Assembly: GCA_017615595.1 (NCBI GenBank)
Contig: JAFZZT010000014.1
Location: 228 to 64,227, forward strand
Source: Bacteroidales bacterium
GTDB lineage: Bacteria; Bacteroidota; Bacteroidia; Bacteroidales; WCHB1-69
Reading direction: 5' to 3'
Length of the DNA: 64,000 nt
Under the pieces are notes generated by a model. It saw only the letters and a list, made by a program, of their open reading frames with translations. It was not told the origin of the DNA and ran no database searches. A program made the position numbers and the translations under genes. Positions 1 to 10,306 of the stretch are shown here, piece after piece. Each line of letters opens with the position of its first letter. The first letter of the stretch is position 1.

Positions 1-420
1 GATCTGCTCGATGATGTGGCCGGAGGCGCGGGGCTCGATGGAGGGGCCCTTCACGTTGAGGGCGTCCATGGCCTTGTGGTAGCTGTCCATATAATATTGT
101 GCCACCTCCATAGGCTCCAGCTGCTCCAAACGGGCCTTCTTGGCGATTTTGTCCTCGCCTTCGTCTGCATCGTGCTCCAGATGGCCCACATCGGTGATGT
201 TGCGCACATAGCGGACCTTGTAGCCGATGTGCGTCAGATAGCGGAACACCACGTCGAAGGTCACTGCCGGACGAGCGTGGCCAAGATGGGGCTCGCCATA
301 GACGGTGGGACCGCAGACATACAGACCCACATGGTCGGGAACGATGGGGGTCAACAGCTCTTTTCTTTTTGATAAAGTGTTGAATAATAAAACTTTGCCT
401 TTGTTGTCGGTAGGTTGCAT
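1..420 (-). CDS. cysS: Cysteinyl-tRNA synthetase, N-terminal part (runs off the window)
   Basis: Not in the ORF track. Manual translation from the ATG at 420 gives [21 protein letters not shown]...[24 protein letters not shown]...[10 protein letters not shown], the class I CysRS signature. Confidence 0.95.
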   Translation of the reverse strand, partial: MQPTDNKGKVLLFNTLSKRKELLTPIVPDHVGLYVCGPTVYGEPHLGHARPAVTFDVVFRYLTHIGYKVRYVRNITDVGHLEHDADEGEDKIAKKARLEQLEPMEVAQYYMDSYHKAMDALNVKGPSIEPRASGHIIEQI

Positions 421-452
421 TATCTTTGTATTTAAATATTGTAATAGGGGTG

Positions 453-460
453 CAAAGATA
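453..460 (-). promoter_or_regulatory. Bacteroidota -7 promoter box (TATCTTTG) for cysS
   Basis: CAAAGATA on the + strand matches TAnnTTTG, about 30 nt upstream of the cysS start. Confidence 0.65.
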
Positions 461-478
461 CGCATTTTTTCTAACACT

Positions 479-513
479 AAAAAGAGGCTATGCATCTCTG
501 ATGCGTAGCCTCT
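479..513 (-). terminator. Intrinsic terminator after the acyl-CoA ligase
   Basis: Stem AGAGGCTATGCATC/GATGCGTAGCCTCT with an A-run on the left, which is a U-tail on the - strand. Confidence 0.7.
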
Positions 514-535
514 CTAAATCATGATGGTAGATCTT

Positions 536-2296
536 CTATGCGAACAGCTTCTCGATCTGCTCTTCATATTTCTTGATGAGCACGTTGCGCTTGAGCTTGA
601 GGGTGGGGGTGAGCTCGCCCGTCTGGATGGACCACTCATAGCCCACGAGCGAGAAGCTCTTGACCTTCTCAGTGTCGCCGAAGAATTTGTTGTATTGATC
701 TACAATCTTCTTGAACTTCTTCACTACATCGGGATGGTGAATCATCTCCTCGTTGGTGGTGTATTCGATCTCGTGGTGATGACACCAGCTCCGGAGGTCG
801 GTGAAGTTGGGGACGATCAGGGCGGCGGCGAACTTCTTGTTTTCGCCCACCACGAGGATGTTGTCAATCAAGGGATCCTCAGCGAACTTGTTCTCAATAA
901 TGGTAGGGACCACATACTTGCCGAAGGCGGTCTTGAACATCTCTTTCTTGCGCCCGGTGATCTTGAGACGCCCGCCAGGGGTGAGCTTGCCAAGGTCGCC
1001 CGTGTGAAGCCAGCCATCCTCGTCAATTGCCTCTGCAGTGAGGTCTGGGGCGTTGTAGTAGCCCTTCATCACATGCTTGCCTTTGGTCAGGATCTCGCCG
1101 TCATCGGCAATACGGACTCGTGTGCCGGGGAGCACATGACCCGCGGCGCCGAACTCCAGTCCGCCTTTGAAGAAGTCACTGACCGCAATGACCGGTGCGG
1201 ACTCCGTGGTGCCGTATCCTTCCAAGATAGGAACGCCCATGGCCCAGAAAATACGCGAGATGCGTGGCTGGATGGCCGCACCACCGGAGACGATGACCTT
1301 GAAGTTGCCGCCCAGGGCCTCGTGCCATTTGTTCAAGACCAGTTTGCGAGCTATCTTGAGTCTGCGCTGGTAGGCTTTATTGGCGTTGAACTCATAATTT
1401 AAAGCCACATCGTTAGCCCAGAAGAAGATTTTCTTCTTGATACCCGTCAGCTTGTTGCCCTGCGCCAAGATCTTGTCATACACCTTCTCCAACAGCCTGG
1501 GAACGGTGGTGAAGATGTCGGGTCTCAAGTCTGCCATGTCCTGCTGGATCTTCGCAATGCTTTCCGTGTAGTAGATAGGGAGTCCTAATGATTGGAAGGC
1601 ATAGTTCAACATGCGCTCATACACATGACAAAGAGGCAGATAGCTGAGTATTCTATTGTTTTTCTCGGTAGGAATGATGGGCAGTACGCCCCGGATGTTG
1701 GTCAGGAAGTTCTCGTGGGTCAGCATCACGCCTTTGGGATTGCCTGTGGTGCCGGATGTGTAAACGAGTGAGACCACGTCATCGGGGGTGATGCTGTCTT
1801 TGATCTCCTGGAGGTATTGGGGACTCGGGTTGGAACGACCTACTTCTATGAGCTCGTTCAAGTGTCTATATCCCAATAGATTACGGAATGTATATACGCG
1901 GTCGTTGAGCTCGGGAATGTTGGAGATGATGTTGGTGATTTTTCGCAACAGTTCCCAGCCGGAGACGAAGATCAGCTTCACATTGGCATGGTGCAGAATA
2001 TAGTCGTAGTCGCTTTCGCTGATGGTCGGGTAGATGGCGACATGGATGGCGCCAATCTGCATGATGGCCATGTCGAGAAAGTTCCATTCGGGACGGTTCG
2101 CAGTGATGGTGGCCACGCAATCTCCCTTCTTGATGCCCAGCTGAAGCAGGCCGTAGGAGATGTTGTTTACAATCTGAATATACTTCTGGGTGCTGTATTT
2201 GACCCAGACACCGTTTTCTTTACCGCAGAGGGCGTCCTCGATAGGGAATTCCTTCAAATTTCTATCCAGGATATCAAACAATCGAGTAATTTCCAT
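536..2296 (-). CDS. Long-chain fatty acid-CoA ligase (AMP-dependent synthetase)
   Basis: YTSGTTGNPKG, YLPLCHVYE, EGYGTTE and GWLHTGDLG motifs; start moved to MEITRLFD. Confidence 0.93.
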   Translation of the reverse strand: MEITRLFDILDRNLKEFPIEDALCGKENGVWVKYSTQKYIQIVNNISYGLLQLGIKKGDCVATITANRPEWNFLDMAIMQIGAIHVAIYPTISESDYDYILHHANVKLIFVSGWELLRKITNIISNIPELNDRVYTFRNLLGYRHLNELIEVGRSNPSPQYLQEIKDSITPDDVVSLVYTSGTTGNPKGVMLTHENFLTNIRGVLPIIPTEKNNRILSYLPLCHVYERMLNYAFQSLGLPIYYTESIAKIQQDMADLRPDIFTTVPRLLEKVYDKILAQGNKLTGIKKKIFFWANDVALNYEFNANKAYQRRLKIARKLVLNKWHEALGGNFKVIVSGGAAIQPRISRIFWAMGVPILEGYGTTESAPVIAVSDFFKGGLEFGAAGHVLPGTRVRIADDGEILTKGKHVMKGYYNAPDLTAEAIDEDGWLHTGDLGKLTPGGRLKITGRKKEMFKTAFGKYVVPTIIENKFAEDPLIDNILVVGENKKFAAALIVPNFTDLRSWCHHHEIEYTTNEEMIHHPDVVKKFKKIVDQYNKFFGDTEKVKSFSLVGYEWSIQTGELTPTLKLKRNVLIKKYEEQIEKLFA

Positions 2297-2327
2297 AATA
2301 ATAAAAAATCCGGCAAAAATACAATTT

Positions 2328-2939
2328 TTATATTGCGTAGCGCATGTTGCCGACAATCTGAGACAACATATTCTTGGCCCGGAGCAACTGAATCTTGACG
2401 TTGGAGAGGGATATGTTGAGCGTTTGGGCTATCTCTTCGTAAGAAAGCTCGTCGTAGTAGCGCAACTCAACCACCTTGCGGTATTTCTCGGGCAGCCTTT
2501 GCACGGCTGTTCTGAGCAGAGAAATGCGTTGCTTGTCAATCACCACGTCCTCAGGGGTCTGCGACTGATTCGACTGTGTGCGGTCGATGATCTGTTCCGT
2601 GGTGCTGCTGAACAGGTCCTCGTCAATACATTGCGGCGAGTTGTGCTTGTGGCGGATGTAGTCGATGCTGTTGTTGACCGCGATGCGATACAGCCAGGTG
2701 GAGAAGGCATACTGCGGAGAATAAGCATGCAGATTGCGGAATGCCTTGCCGAAGGTCTCCTGGGTCAAGTCTTCCGCATCATCGCTGTTTTTCACGATTT
2801 TCATCATCAGATAATAGATGCTGTCGCGATAGAGACTCATCAGCTCGGCGTATGCCCGCTGATCGTTGAAGTCCAACGCCTTGCGCAAAAGGATGTAGTC
2901 CCGTTTTGCCTTTTCGGTAGAGTATTGTAAATTTCCCAT
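2328..2939 (-). CDS. ECF-family RNA polymerase sigma factor
   Basis: DAEDLTQETF, FSTWLYRIAVN and region-4 LSYEEIAQTL...VKIQLLRAK. Confidence 0.93.
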   Translation of the reverse strand: MGNLQYSTEKAKRDYILLRKALDFNDQRAYAELMSLYRDSIYYLMMKIVKNSDDAEDLTQETFGKAFRNLHAYSPQYAFSTWLYRIAVNNSIDYIRHKHNSPQCIDEDLFSSTTEQIIDRTQSNQSQTPEDVVIDKQRISLLRTAVQRLPEKYRKVVELRYYDELSYEEIAQTLNISLSNVKIQLLRAKNMLSQIVGNMRYAI

Positions 2940-4075
2940 TATTTGAATCTTTGATGATGTAAATGTGCGCTAATGTAATATAAAGGATTCATGACGGCAA
3001 ATGTCAGATCGTAGAGGAGTAGGGCAGGGATGGTCTGCTTCTCGTTGAGTCGTTTGGCGGAGAAGCCATACACCAGATACATACTGATGAAGCGCAGGCA
3101 AGCGATGCCTAAAACGACCGCAAGCAATGGCAGGTTTTTGCATGTCAGGATGATGGCAAAGGCCAGCGCAATATAGAACAAGAGGTTGACAATGCCATAC
3201 GCGTTGAGCAGGAATCTGTTCTTGACTGTGTTGTATTTGCGGGTGAACAACAATCCTTCTTTATGATGACACCAATAATTGTAGTAGGCAGAACGCTGCA
3301 GAACGGTGAATGATTCCGGCGAATAGACTATCGCGGTGTTCTTCTGGTTGGAGGCTTTGCTGATAAAGATGTCCTCATCTCCATAGACCAGATGGTTGTG
3401 AGCTGCGAAACCTTTCTGCTTGTAGAAAAGGGTTTTGGAGAATCCGATGTTTTTGTGGTCGCCGCGATAGGTGGAGTGGGCGAGAGCTAGGGAGAAATAC
3501 TGCATGGCAGCAACCATGGTGTCGAAGTGCAAAAGCCTGTTGAATGGGTTGTTGCGTTTCTGGTAGGTGCTGTAACCCAATACAATATGGGTGTTGTCGG
3601 AGAATTGTCCCGCTACATGCTCCAGCCAATGAACCGAGGTCGGGGCGCATTCAGCATCGGTAAATACCAGGTTCTCGTACTTGGCGCATCGGATGCCGAT
3701 GGACATGGCATATTTGTTGCCTCGGATGCTGGTCACGGCGGAGTCAAGGTTGACAACGTGAATGTTGGGGTATTGCTGTTGATATTCCAACAATAAGAGC
3801 TGCGTGTCGTCCTTGGAGTTGTCGTTCACAATGACCAGCTCAAAGTTGGGGTAGTGTTGGTTCAGAAGACGGGGGAGCGTTTTCAGGAGGGCGGCGGCGG
3901 CATCTTTCACCACCATGATGACCGATACCGGTGGCGCGTCCAGGCCAATCTCGGGCATGGCAGGCGTCCGTCTAAAAGCGAACCGCGCATACAACAGATA
4001 GTAATACAGTAACTCTATGAAAGTTATGGCTGCAAATAATACAAAAACAACGAGCGATATAGTATCGTCGAACAT
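2939..4075 (-). CDS. Membrane glycosyltransferase family 2
   Basis: PPVSVI, VNDNSKD, FTDAEC and GDEDIF motifs; TM helices at both ends; overlaps the sigma factor start. Confidence 0.85.
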   Translation of the reverse strand: MFDDTISLVVFVLFAAITFIELLYYYLLYARFAFRRTPAMPEIGLDAPPVSVIMVVKDAAAALLKTLPRLLNQHYPNFELVIVNDNSKDDTQLLLLEYQQQYPNIHVVNLDSAVTSIRGNKYAMSIGIRCAKYENLVFTDAECAPTSVHWLEHVAGQFSDNTHIVLGYSTYQKRNNPFNRLLHFDTMVAAMQYFSLALAHSTYRGDHKNIGFSKTLFYKQKGFAAHNHLVYGDEDIFISKASNQKNTAIVYSPESFTVLQRSAYYNYWCHHKEGLLFTRKYNTVKNRFLLNAYGIVNLLFYIALAFAIILTCKNLPLLAVVLGIACLRFISMYLVYGFSAKRLNEKQTIPALLLYDLTFAVMNPLYYISAHLHHQRFK

Positions 4076-4103
4076 AGGTTGGTTTGGTTAAGGTTTCAGT
4101 TTG

Positions 4104-4144
4104 CAAAAATAATTTTTTTTGCATCGTAAAATGTAGTATTTTTG
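4104..4144. promoter_or_regulatory. Divergent pair of -7 promoter boxes (GT2 operon / tgt)
   Basis: CAAAAATA at 4104-4111 (- strand) and TATTTTTG at 4137-4144 (+ strand). Confidence 0.6.
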
Positions 4145-4162
4145 CCGCAATTTACTAACAAA

Positions 4163-5296
4163 ATGAAGTTTATAATTAATCGTAAGGACGAGAAGAGCCA
4201 TGCCAGAGCGGGTGTCATCACTACAGCACATGGTGAGATAGAAACCCCCATATTCATGCCCGTGGGTACGCTCGGCGCTGTCAAAGCATTGCATATCAAA
4301 AATTTATATGAGGATGTCAAGGCCCAAATCATATTGGGAAACACCTATCATCTCTATCTGCGACCGGGCACGGATGTGCTGAAAGCGGTTGGCGGACTGC
4401 ACAAATTCAACGGGTGGAACCGGCCGATTCTGACGGACAGTGGCGGGTTTCAGGTGTTTTCTTTGAGCCATCGCCGCAAGATCAACCCCGAAGAGGGCGT
4501 CTGGTTCCTGTCCCATATCGATGGCTCCAAGCATCTGTTCAGCCCGGAAAATGTGATGGACACGGAGCGTGCCATCGGTGCCGACATCATTATGGCTTTC
4601 GATGAGTGCATTCCGTATCCTTGTGATTATCAATATGCTAAGAAGTCTATGGAGACCACCTTCAAGTGGCTGAAACGCTGTGTGAAACGTCTGGAGGAGA
4701 CGGAGCCGCTCTATGGCTACGAGCAGACACTTTTCCCCATAGTGCAAGGTGGTGTATATCACGATCTTAGAATTAAATCTGCAGAATATTGCGACTCGGT
4801 GAACCCGGATGGAATCGCCATCGGTGGGGTAGCGGTCGGGGAGCCCGTGGAGCAGATGTATGAGATCGCAGACCTCTGCTGCAGAGCCCTGCCGGAGAAC
4901 AAGCCCCGTTATCTGATGGGTGTAGGCACACCCGCCAATATCATCGAGAATATCGCGCTGGGCGTGGATATGTTCGACTGTGTGATGCCTACACGCAACG
5001 GCCGCAACGGCATGATCTTTACCTGGGACGGAATACTCAATATGCGCAATGAGAAATGGAAATACGATTTCACGCCGATTGACGCCAACAGCGATCTTTT
5101 CGCCGACCAGCAATACACACGCGCATATCTGCGTCATTTGTATGTTGCGGATGAAATGCTCGGCCCGATGATCGGCAGCATCCATAATTTGCATTTTTAT
5201 CTGGATCTCGTTCAGACTGCGCGTAAAAAAATTCTCGATGGTACGTTCGCATCCTGGAAAAACGAAATTCTCCCGAAGATATCTCAGCGACTCTGA
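4163..5296 (+). CDS. tgt: Queuine tRNA-ribosyltransferase
   Basis: ETPIFMPVGT, LGNTYHL, TDSGGFQ and GVDMFDCVMPTRNGR; start placed at MKFIIN. Confidence 0.97.
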   Translation: MKFIINRKDEKSHARAGVITTAHGEIETPIFMPVGTLGAVKALHIKNLYEDVKAQIILGNTYHLYLRPGTDVLKAVGGLHKFNGWNRPILTDSGGFQVFSLSHRRKINPEEGVWFLSHIDGSKHLFSPENVMDTERAIGADIIMAFDECIPYPCDYQYAKKSMETTFKWLKRCVKRLEETEPLYGYEQTLFPIVQGGVYHDLRIKSAEYCDSVNPDGIAIGGVAVGEPVEQMYEIADLCCRALPENKPRYLMGVGTPANIIENIALGVDMFDCVMPTRNGRNGMIFTWDGILNMRNEKWKYDFTPIDANSDLFADQQYTRAYLRHLYVADEMLGPMIGSIHNLHFYLDLVQTARKKILDGTFASWKNEILPKISQRL

Positions 5297-5453
5297 TTTT
5301 CTCTTAACTCGCCGAGATTTCCTTTTTCTCATTTTCCTCACACACGGTCGGTCTAGCCCCGAATATTCAATTCTCAGGTCGATATCGTTATTCAATCTCT
5401 CCGGTTTTATTTTGTCCGATAATTTATATTATGTTAAATAGAGAAAGTGGAGC

Positions 5454-5490
5454 AAAGAAAAAAGGCAGACGAAACGGATCTGCCCTTTCT
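5454..5490. terminator. Probable bidirectional terminator between convergent genes
   Basis: AAAAAAGGCAGA...TCTGCCCTTT hairpin. Confidence 0.55.
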
Positions 5491-5510
5491 GTTGGGATTA
5501 CAATAAAAGA

Positions 5511-6260
5511 TTAGACTTCGTAGGTATGCTCCACGCGTTCCCATTTTCTGAACCAGCTGCGAATACGGAGCCCTATCACACCGAAGATGGCTTCCTTAAA
5601 AATGCCGGAGCTCATCTTGGAGATTCCTGCTTCGCGGTCTTTGAAAATGATCGGAACTTCCACGACTTTATATTTCAATTTGTACATGTTGAACTTCATC
5701 TCAATCTGGAATCCGTAACCAATATGTTTGATTTTGTCAAAATCCACGCATTTCAAGGCGGATGCTCTATAACATTTGAATCCGGCCGTGGTATCCATAA
5801 TCGGCATGCCGAGCATGATTCTGACGTACATGGAGCCATAATACGACATCAGCAGTCGTCCCATGGGCCAATTCAGCACATTCACGCCTTTGCAGTAGCG
5901 GGAACCGATGGCCAGATCGGCATTCTGCTCCACGCATGCGTTGTAAAGTCGCTGTAAATCAGCGGGATCGTGGCTAAAATCAGCATCCATCTCAAAGATG
6001 AAGTCATAATGGCGGGCCAATCCCCACTTGAAACCATGGATATAGGCCGTGCCCAATCCCAACTTGCCGCTTCTCTGCTCCAGGAAGAGTCTGTCGGGGA
6101 ACTCCTGCATGAGGGTCTTCACGATATCGGCGGTGCCGTCAGGCGAATTGTCGTCGATGATCAAGATATGCACGTCAATCTCCTTATAGATGGCGCGGAT
6201 GATGTTCTCGATATTCTCCTTTTCCTTGTATGTAGGAATAATTACCAGTCTTTTATCCAT
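5511..6260 (-). CDS. Polyprenol-phosphate mannosyltransferase (DPM1-like GT2)
   Basis: IIPTYKEKENI, IDDNSPDGT, EMDADFSHDP, GSRY and DTTAGFKCY. Confidence 0.92.
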   Translation of the reverse strand: MDKRLVIIPTYKEKENIENIIRAIYKEIDVHILIIDDNSPDGTADIVKTLMQEFPDRLFLEQRSGKLGLGTAYIHGFKWGLARHYDFIFEMDADFSHDPADLQRLYNACVEQNADLAIGSRYCKGVNVLNWPMGRLLMSYYGSMYVRIMLGMPIMDTTAGFKCYRASALKCVDFDKIKHIGYGFQIEMKFNMYKLKYKVVEVPIIFKDREAGISKMSSGIFKEAIFGVIGLRIRSWFRKWERVEHTYEV

Positions 6261-6272
6261 GATGTCAGCAAA

Positions 6273-7292
6273 TTATTTAGTCAAAGTAATATATACGGGC
6301 AGGTGGTCGCTGTAGCCGCCTTGATAGATGCCACCGGCGTACATGCGCCAAGGATAGTTCATGTAAGATCCTGATTTAGTGAGCATATAGTCTTTGCGGA
6401 AAATATGGGCCATAAAGAACTTATAACCATGAGTCGGATTTACTAAACCTGCAGAGACAATGATGTTGTCGATGAGTTCCCAGGAGTCGCGGTATGCGTA
6501 GGACCCTACCCCATTTCTATACATTTGCCACATCGGATTGTAGAGATCGTCAGGTGCCAGGTCTTTCGTGTTGGTTCTTGTGCGAAGACATTCCATCAAG
6601 CTCTTGGCATTCGGATTGTCATTCAAGTCACCCATGATGATGATTTTGGCATTGGGAGAAGCATACATGATGGAGTCTGCAATATATCGGGCCAGTTTGC
6701 CGGCACCCAAACGATACGGCAACGATCTCTTTTCACCGCCACTTTTGGAGGGCCAGTGGTTGACGATAATATGCAGGGTGTCTGTGCCATCGAGGATACC
6801 CGTCATCAGCCATTGGTCACGGGTGATGAAGTCGGGATTCTCCGGGAATTTGAGCGGAAAAGCTTTGGTGGAGAGCACTTTGAAGCGACTCGGGTTGTAG
6901 ATGAACGACACGTCCACACCTCTTCTGTCCGGAGATTCGTGGTGGCATACTTCCAATTTGTAAGGGGCCAACCGTTCCGTGGCAATCAGATCGCGCAACA
7001 CCTGCTCGTTTTCCACCTCCGAGACACCCAGCACGGCCAAGCCGCCAGGCATCTGTGCCATATCCGAGATGACTTGCGAGAGCATCTGCAACTTGAGAAG
7101 ATATCTTTCTGACGTCCATTGATAATCGCCATTAGGCAAAAACTGTTCGTCATTTTTTTCAGGGTCATTGATGGTATCAAACAGATTCTCAACATTATAG
7201 AATCCAATGTTGACTCTGTTTTGAATGCTTTGGGCCTGTGTCAACCCCCATATCAATAAGGTGAAGAGAACAATTAAACTGGTACGTTTCAT
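6273..7292 (-). CDS. Secreted endonuclease/exonuclease/phosphatase-family protein
   Basis: Signal peptide; FYNVENLFD, NHWPS, MGDLND and GYSDHLPV. Confidence 0.9.
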   Translation of the reverse strand: MKRTSLIVLFTLLIWGLTQAQSIQNRVNIGFYNVENLFDTINDPEKNDEQFLPNGDYQWTSERYLLKLQMLSQVISDMAQMPGGLAVLGVSEVENEQVLRDLIATERLAPYKLEVCHHESPDRRGVDVSFIYNPSRFKVLSTKAFPLKFPENPDFITRDQWLMTGILDGTDTLHIIVNHWPSKSGGEKRSLPYRLGAGKLARYIADSIMYASPNAKIIIMGDLNDNPNAKSLMECLRTRTNTKDLAPDDLYNPMWQMYRNGVGSYAYRDSWELIDNIIVSAGLVNPTHGYKFFMAHIFRKDYMLTKSGSYMNYPWRMYAGGIYQGGYSDHLPVYITLTK

Positions 7293-7383
7293 TTTTCTAA
7301 AAAATTGAGATGCAAAAATAATAAAAAAAAGGGATTTCAAGGCCACCAAACTCTTTTTTTAGGGTGGGGCCCCCTACCCCACT

Positions 7384-8475
7384 TTATGGCCGTTTGATTT
7401 CAATGATTTGATGGGCAATATGATGTTCGTCCAAAATCTGATGAACCCGATGCTCGTCCGTGTCGGAGATGAAGACTTGTCCAAAATGGTCATGACCCAC
7501 CATGTTGAGCAGCTCTGCGATACGGATACGGTCCAATTTGTCGAATATATCATCCAACAGCAGTATGGGCTTGATCTGTTTTCTTTCGTAACAGTAGTCG
7601 AACTGAGCCAGCCGCATGGCCAGGGAAAATGATTTCTGCTGCCCTTGTGAACCAAAGCGTTTGACCGGTTGGCCGTTGATGAGGAAGAGGAATTCGTCTT
7701 TGTGAACACCAAAGTTGGAAAAGCCGGTTTTCGTGTCTAGAGAAAGATTCTGCCGTAGTCCCGCATCGAAAGACAGTTCGAAAAGTCCTGATTGATAGAT
7801 GATTTCCACCCGCTCCGCCTCTTTGGAGAGTTGGGCGTAGTGTTTCTGGAAAATGGGTTGTATCTGGTCAATGAAGTCCCGTCGGCGTTCAAAAATAGAC
7901 TGTCCCAGGGGGATCATCTGTTCGTCGAAGATGGTGAGCAGCGTGTCCTCGACACGATGGCTCTCCTGCATCTGCTTGAGGAGCGTGTTGCGTTGTTGGA
8001 GCAGCTTGCGATAGGAGATCAGCTGTTGCAGGTATTCTGCATCGAATTGGGAGATGACGGCATCGAAAAACTTGCGCCGCACCTCACTGCCGCCGTGGAT
8101 GATCTCGCTGTCGTACGGGGAGACCATCACCACAGGATACTGACCGATATGGGCGCTGAGCCGTGGATATTCTTTCTTGTTGGCCCTCATGGATTTATGT
8201 CCGTTGCGGTAGGTGCAGCTGATGAGCGCGTTGTTGTCGGTTTCCCGCTGGCAGAAGGTGCCATGGATGGCGAAGAAGTCGGTGTCGAAGCGTACCGAGA
8301 AGATGTCTTGGGCCGAGAAATAGCTTTTGCAGAACGAGAGATAATAGATAGCATCGAGGAGATTGGTCTTCCCGCTGCCGTTCTTGCCGACAATGGCATT
8401 CACGTTCTCGTTGAAAGAAAACTCAGCCTCCTCGTAGCTTTTGAAATTCGACAGTTGTATGTTTTTAAGATACAT
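7384..8475 (-). CDS. recF: DNA replication/repair protein RecF
   Basis: GKNGSGKTNLLDAI, GSQGQQKS and PILLLDDIFDKLD. Confidence 0.96.
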   Translation of the reverse strand: MYLKNIQLSNFKSYEEAEFSFNENVNAIVGKNGSGKTNLLDAIYYLSFCKSYFSAQDIFSVRFDTDFFAIHGTFCQRETDNNALISCTYRNGHKSMRANKKEYPRLSAHIGQYPVVMVSPYDSEIIHGGSEVRRKFFDAVISQFDAEYLQQLISYRKLLQQRNTLLKQMQESHRVEDTLLTIFDEQMIPLGQSIFERRRDFIDQIQPIFQKHYAQLSKEAERVEIIYQSGLFELSFDAGLRQNLSLDTKTGFSNFGVHKDEFLFLINGQPVKRFGSQGQQKSFSLAMRLAQFDYCYERKQIKPILLLDDIFDKLDRIRIAELLNMVGHDHFGQVFISDTDEHRVHQILDEHHIAHQIIEIKRP

Positions 8476-8489
8476 CTACGGTAAAATAT

Positions 8490-8517
8490 GTAGAGACGGT
8501 ATGCATACCGTCTCTAC
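8490..8517. repeat. Perfect 28-bp GTAG-type REP-like palindrome
   Basis: GTAGAGACGGTATG-CATACCGTCTCTAC. Confidence 0.75.
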
Positions 8518-8535
8518 CAGGATACATGCAATTTC

Positions 8536-10185
8536 TTATAGACCAATAACATTCAGACCTTGATTGAAGCGGATGTCTCTGGGGATGCCGGCCTTGTTGA
8601 TGCGGTCCAGATCTTTTTGCAGGTTGCTGCCAACGGTGCCGTGCTTCTTGCTGAACTGTTGGGCAAACTCGAAGTCGCCTTCTGCCTGAGTCTTCAAGAT
8701 GAGGGCAATCCAGCTGTTCATCGCCTCGCGGGCTTTGTCATAGTCGATATGATAGGTGCCGTTGCCGGTGCGTTTGAAGGCGCCGTTCTCCTCGAAGTAG
8801 TTGTAGCACATCATATTGGCGATGCCGTGAGCCTCCTTTGCGCCGAAACGGACTGAGCGGAGCAGACCCACGATATAGGTGGTGATGGCATCCTCCACGG
8901 AGATGTCGGTGATTTCGCCTTTCTCAATCAGGCTGCATACGAGATAGAGTCCGATGATGTCGGCCTTAGCCTCTTCCCAGCTGGTATTCTCGGTCTGCAT
9001 GGCGTCATCCACGGAACCTTTCCCGTTGATGGTCTGCTTGACGCCCAGGCCATGCGCCACCTCATGGAAAGTCACGTTCCAGAAGAAAGCGTCAAAGGTG
9101 ATGTGGCTCTGCTCAGACGGTTCGATGACGATCTCGCCGATGGGCTTCATGATCTTGTCGAATTTGGCATGCATAGCGTTGCGCAGTTGGAAGCGGCGGG
9201 AGCCCTTCTCCTCCTGGATCTTGTCGTCATTCGGCAAGTTGATGGCGATGGTCTTGCCACCCGCATTGCAGTCGCCACCGTAGAAGATGACATCATAGAT
9301 GTTCATGTCGGAAGAGGTGCCCGGCACATAGTTCTTCTTATGCTGGGGCTCGCAAGGCAATTCCTTCTGGAGCTGAGGCAGCATGGCGACGAATTTGTCC
9401 AATTTGCCACTCTCTTCCTCATCTTTAACCAACACAAATGCCTCGTAGGAGGTCTTGACGCTGTTCAGCTCGTCGTCATAGTTCTCGATGGGTCCCAGGA
9501 CAAAGTCCAGCTTGGTGTTTTTCATGTCCATCCAAGCAAGGTCGGATTTGTAGTAATCGTCTGTCTGCAGAGCTTTCTTGCGCAGGGTGAGATATTTCTT
9601 CATGGACGGGTTTTCGGCGATGGCGATGGCCTTGTCGAGCAGTTCGCATACCTTGTCGATCTTCTCCTTGTACATCTCATGATACCAGAGCGTCTTCAAG
9701 TTGTTGTTCTCGTCGCGCACCAGCACGGTGTAATGGGAGTTCTTGTTCTCATCTTCGTAAGCGTCAAACTCCTCTTTGGTCAGGTCGTGGGGATAGTAAT
9801 TAGCCGTAACAGGCTTCTCGCCAAACCCTTTGACAAAGGGCTTGTTGCCTCTCAGGCGATCCCAAGGACCGTAGTTGATCATGACGTAATCCTTGACCCA
9901 CGGGTCGCTGATGGTGTCCAGAATGGACTTGTCGCCGAAGGTCTGCTCCCAGAACAGCTCGTCCATGATCTCTCCGATTTCGAAGAAGATGGGGAGCAGC
10001 TGTTTGTCGTTCTCACTCAGTTTGGAGATGTCGGTGGTGAGGTCGAAGTAGGCGTACTCTTCCACCTTCTGTTGCATCTCGCTGATGGTTTCGCCCGTAA
10101 CCGGGTCTGTTTTCTTCTTGCTACATTGCGTTGACATCAGCAGGATGCCGCCAAGCAGGATAACCATAGTGATAGATTTTTTCAT
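8536..10185 (-). CDS. Peptidase M49 (DPP III-like) zinc hydrolase, probable lipoprotein
   Basis: Lipobox-like STQC; NYGPWDRL, IAINLPND, FHEVAHGLG and EEAKAD. Confidence 0.85.
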   Translation of the reverse strand: MKKSITMVILLGGILLMSTQCSKKKTDPVTGETISEMQQKVEEYAYFDLTTDISKLSENDKQLLPIFFEIGEIMDELFWEQTFGDKSILDTISDPWVKDYVMINYGPWDRLRGNKPFVKGFGEKPVTANYYPHDLTKEEFDAYEDENKNSHYTVLVRDENNNLKTLWYHEMYKEKIDKVCELLDKAIAIAENPSMKKYLTLRKKALQTDDYYKSDLAWMDMKNTKLDFVLGPIENYDDELNSVKTSYEAFVLVKDEEESGKLDKFVAMLPQLQKELPCEPQHKKNYVPGTSSDMNIYDVIFYGGDCNAGGKTIAINLPNDDKIQEEKGSRRFQLRNAMHAKFDKIMKPIGEIVIEPSEQSHITFDAFFWNVTFHEVAHGLGVKQTINGKGSVDDAMQTENTSWEEAKADIIGLYLVCSLIEKGEITDISVEDAITTYIVGLLRSVRFGAKEAHGIANMMCYNYFEENGAFKRTGNGTYHIDYDKAREAMNSWIALILKTQAEGDFEFAQQFSKKHGTVGSNLQKDLDRINKAGIPRDIRFNQGLNVIGL

Positions 10186-10306
10186 AAGAACCGTATTTTG
10201 ATGAATAATAAACAAAGAAAGAACCCTCTATAGGATGCGTTTCACTTGCCATCACATAGAGGGTGCAAATATAATTAATTTATGGATGTCTGTTGGAAGA
10301 AAAATC

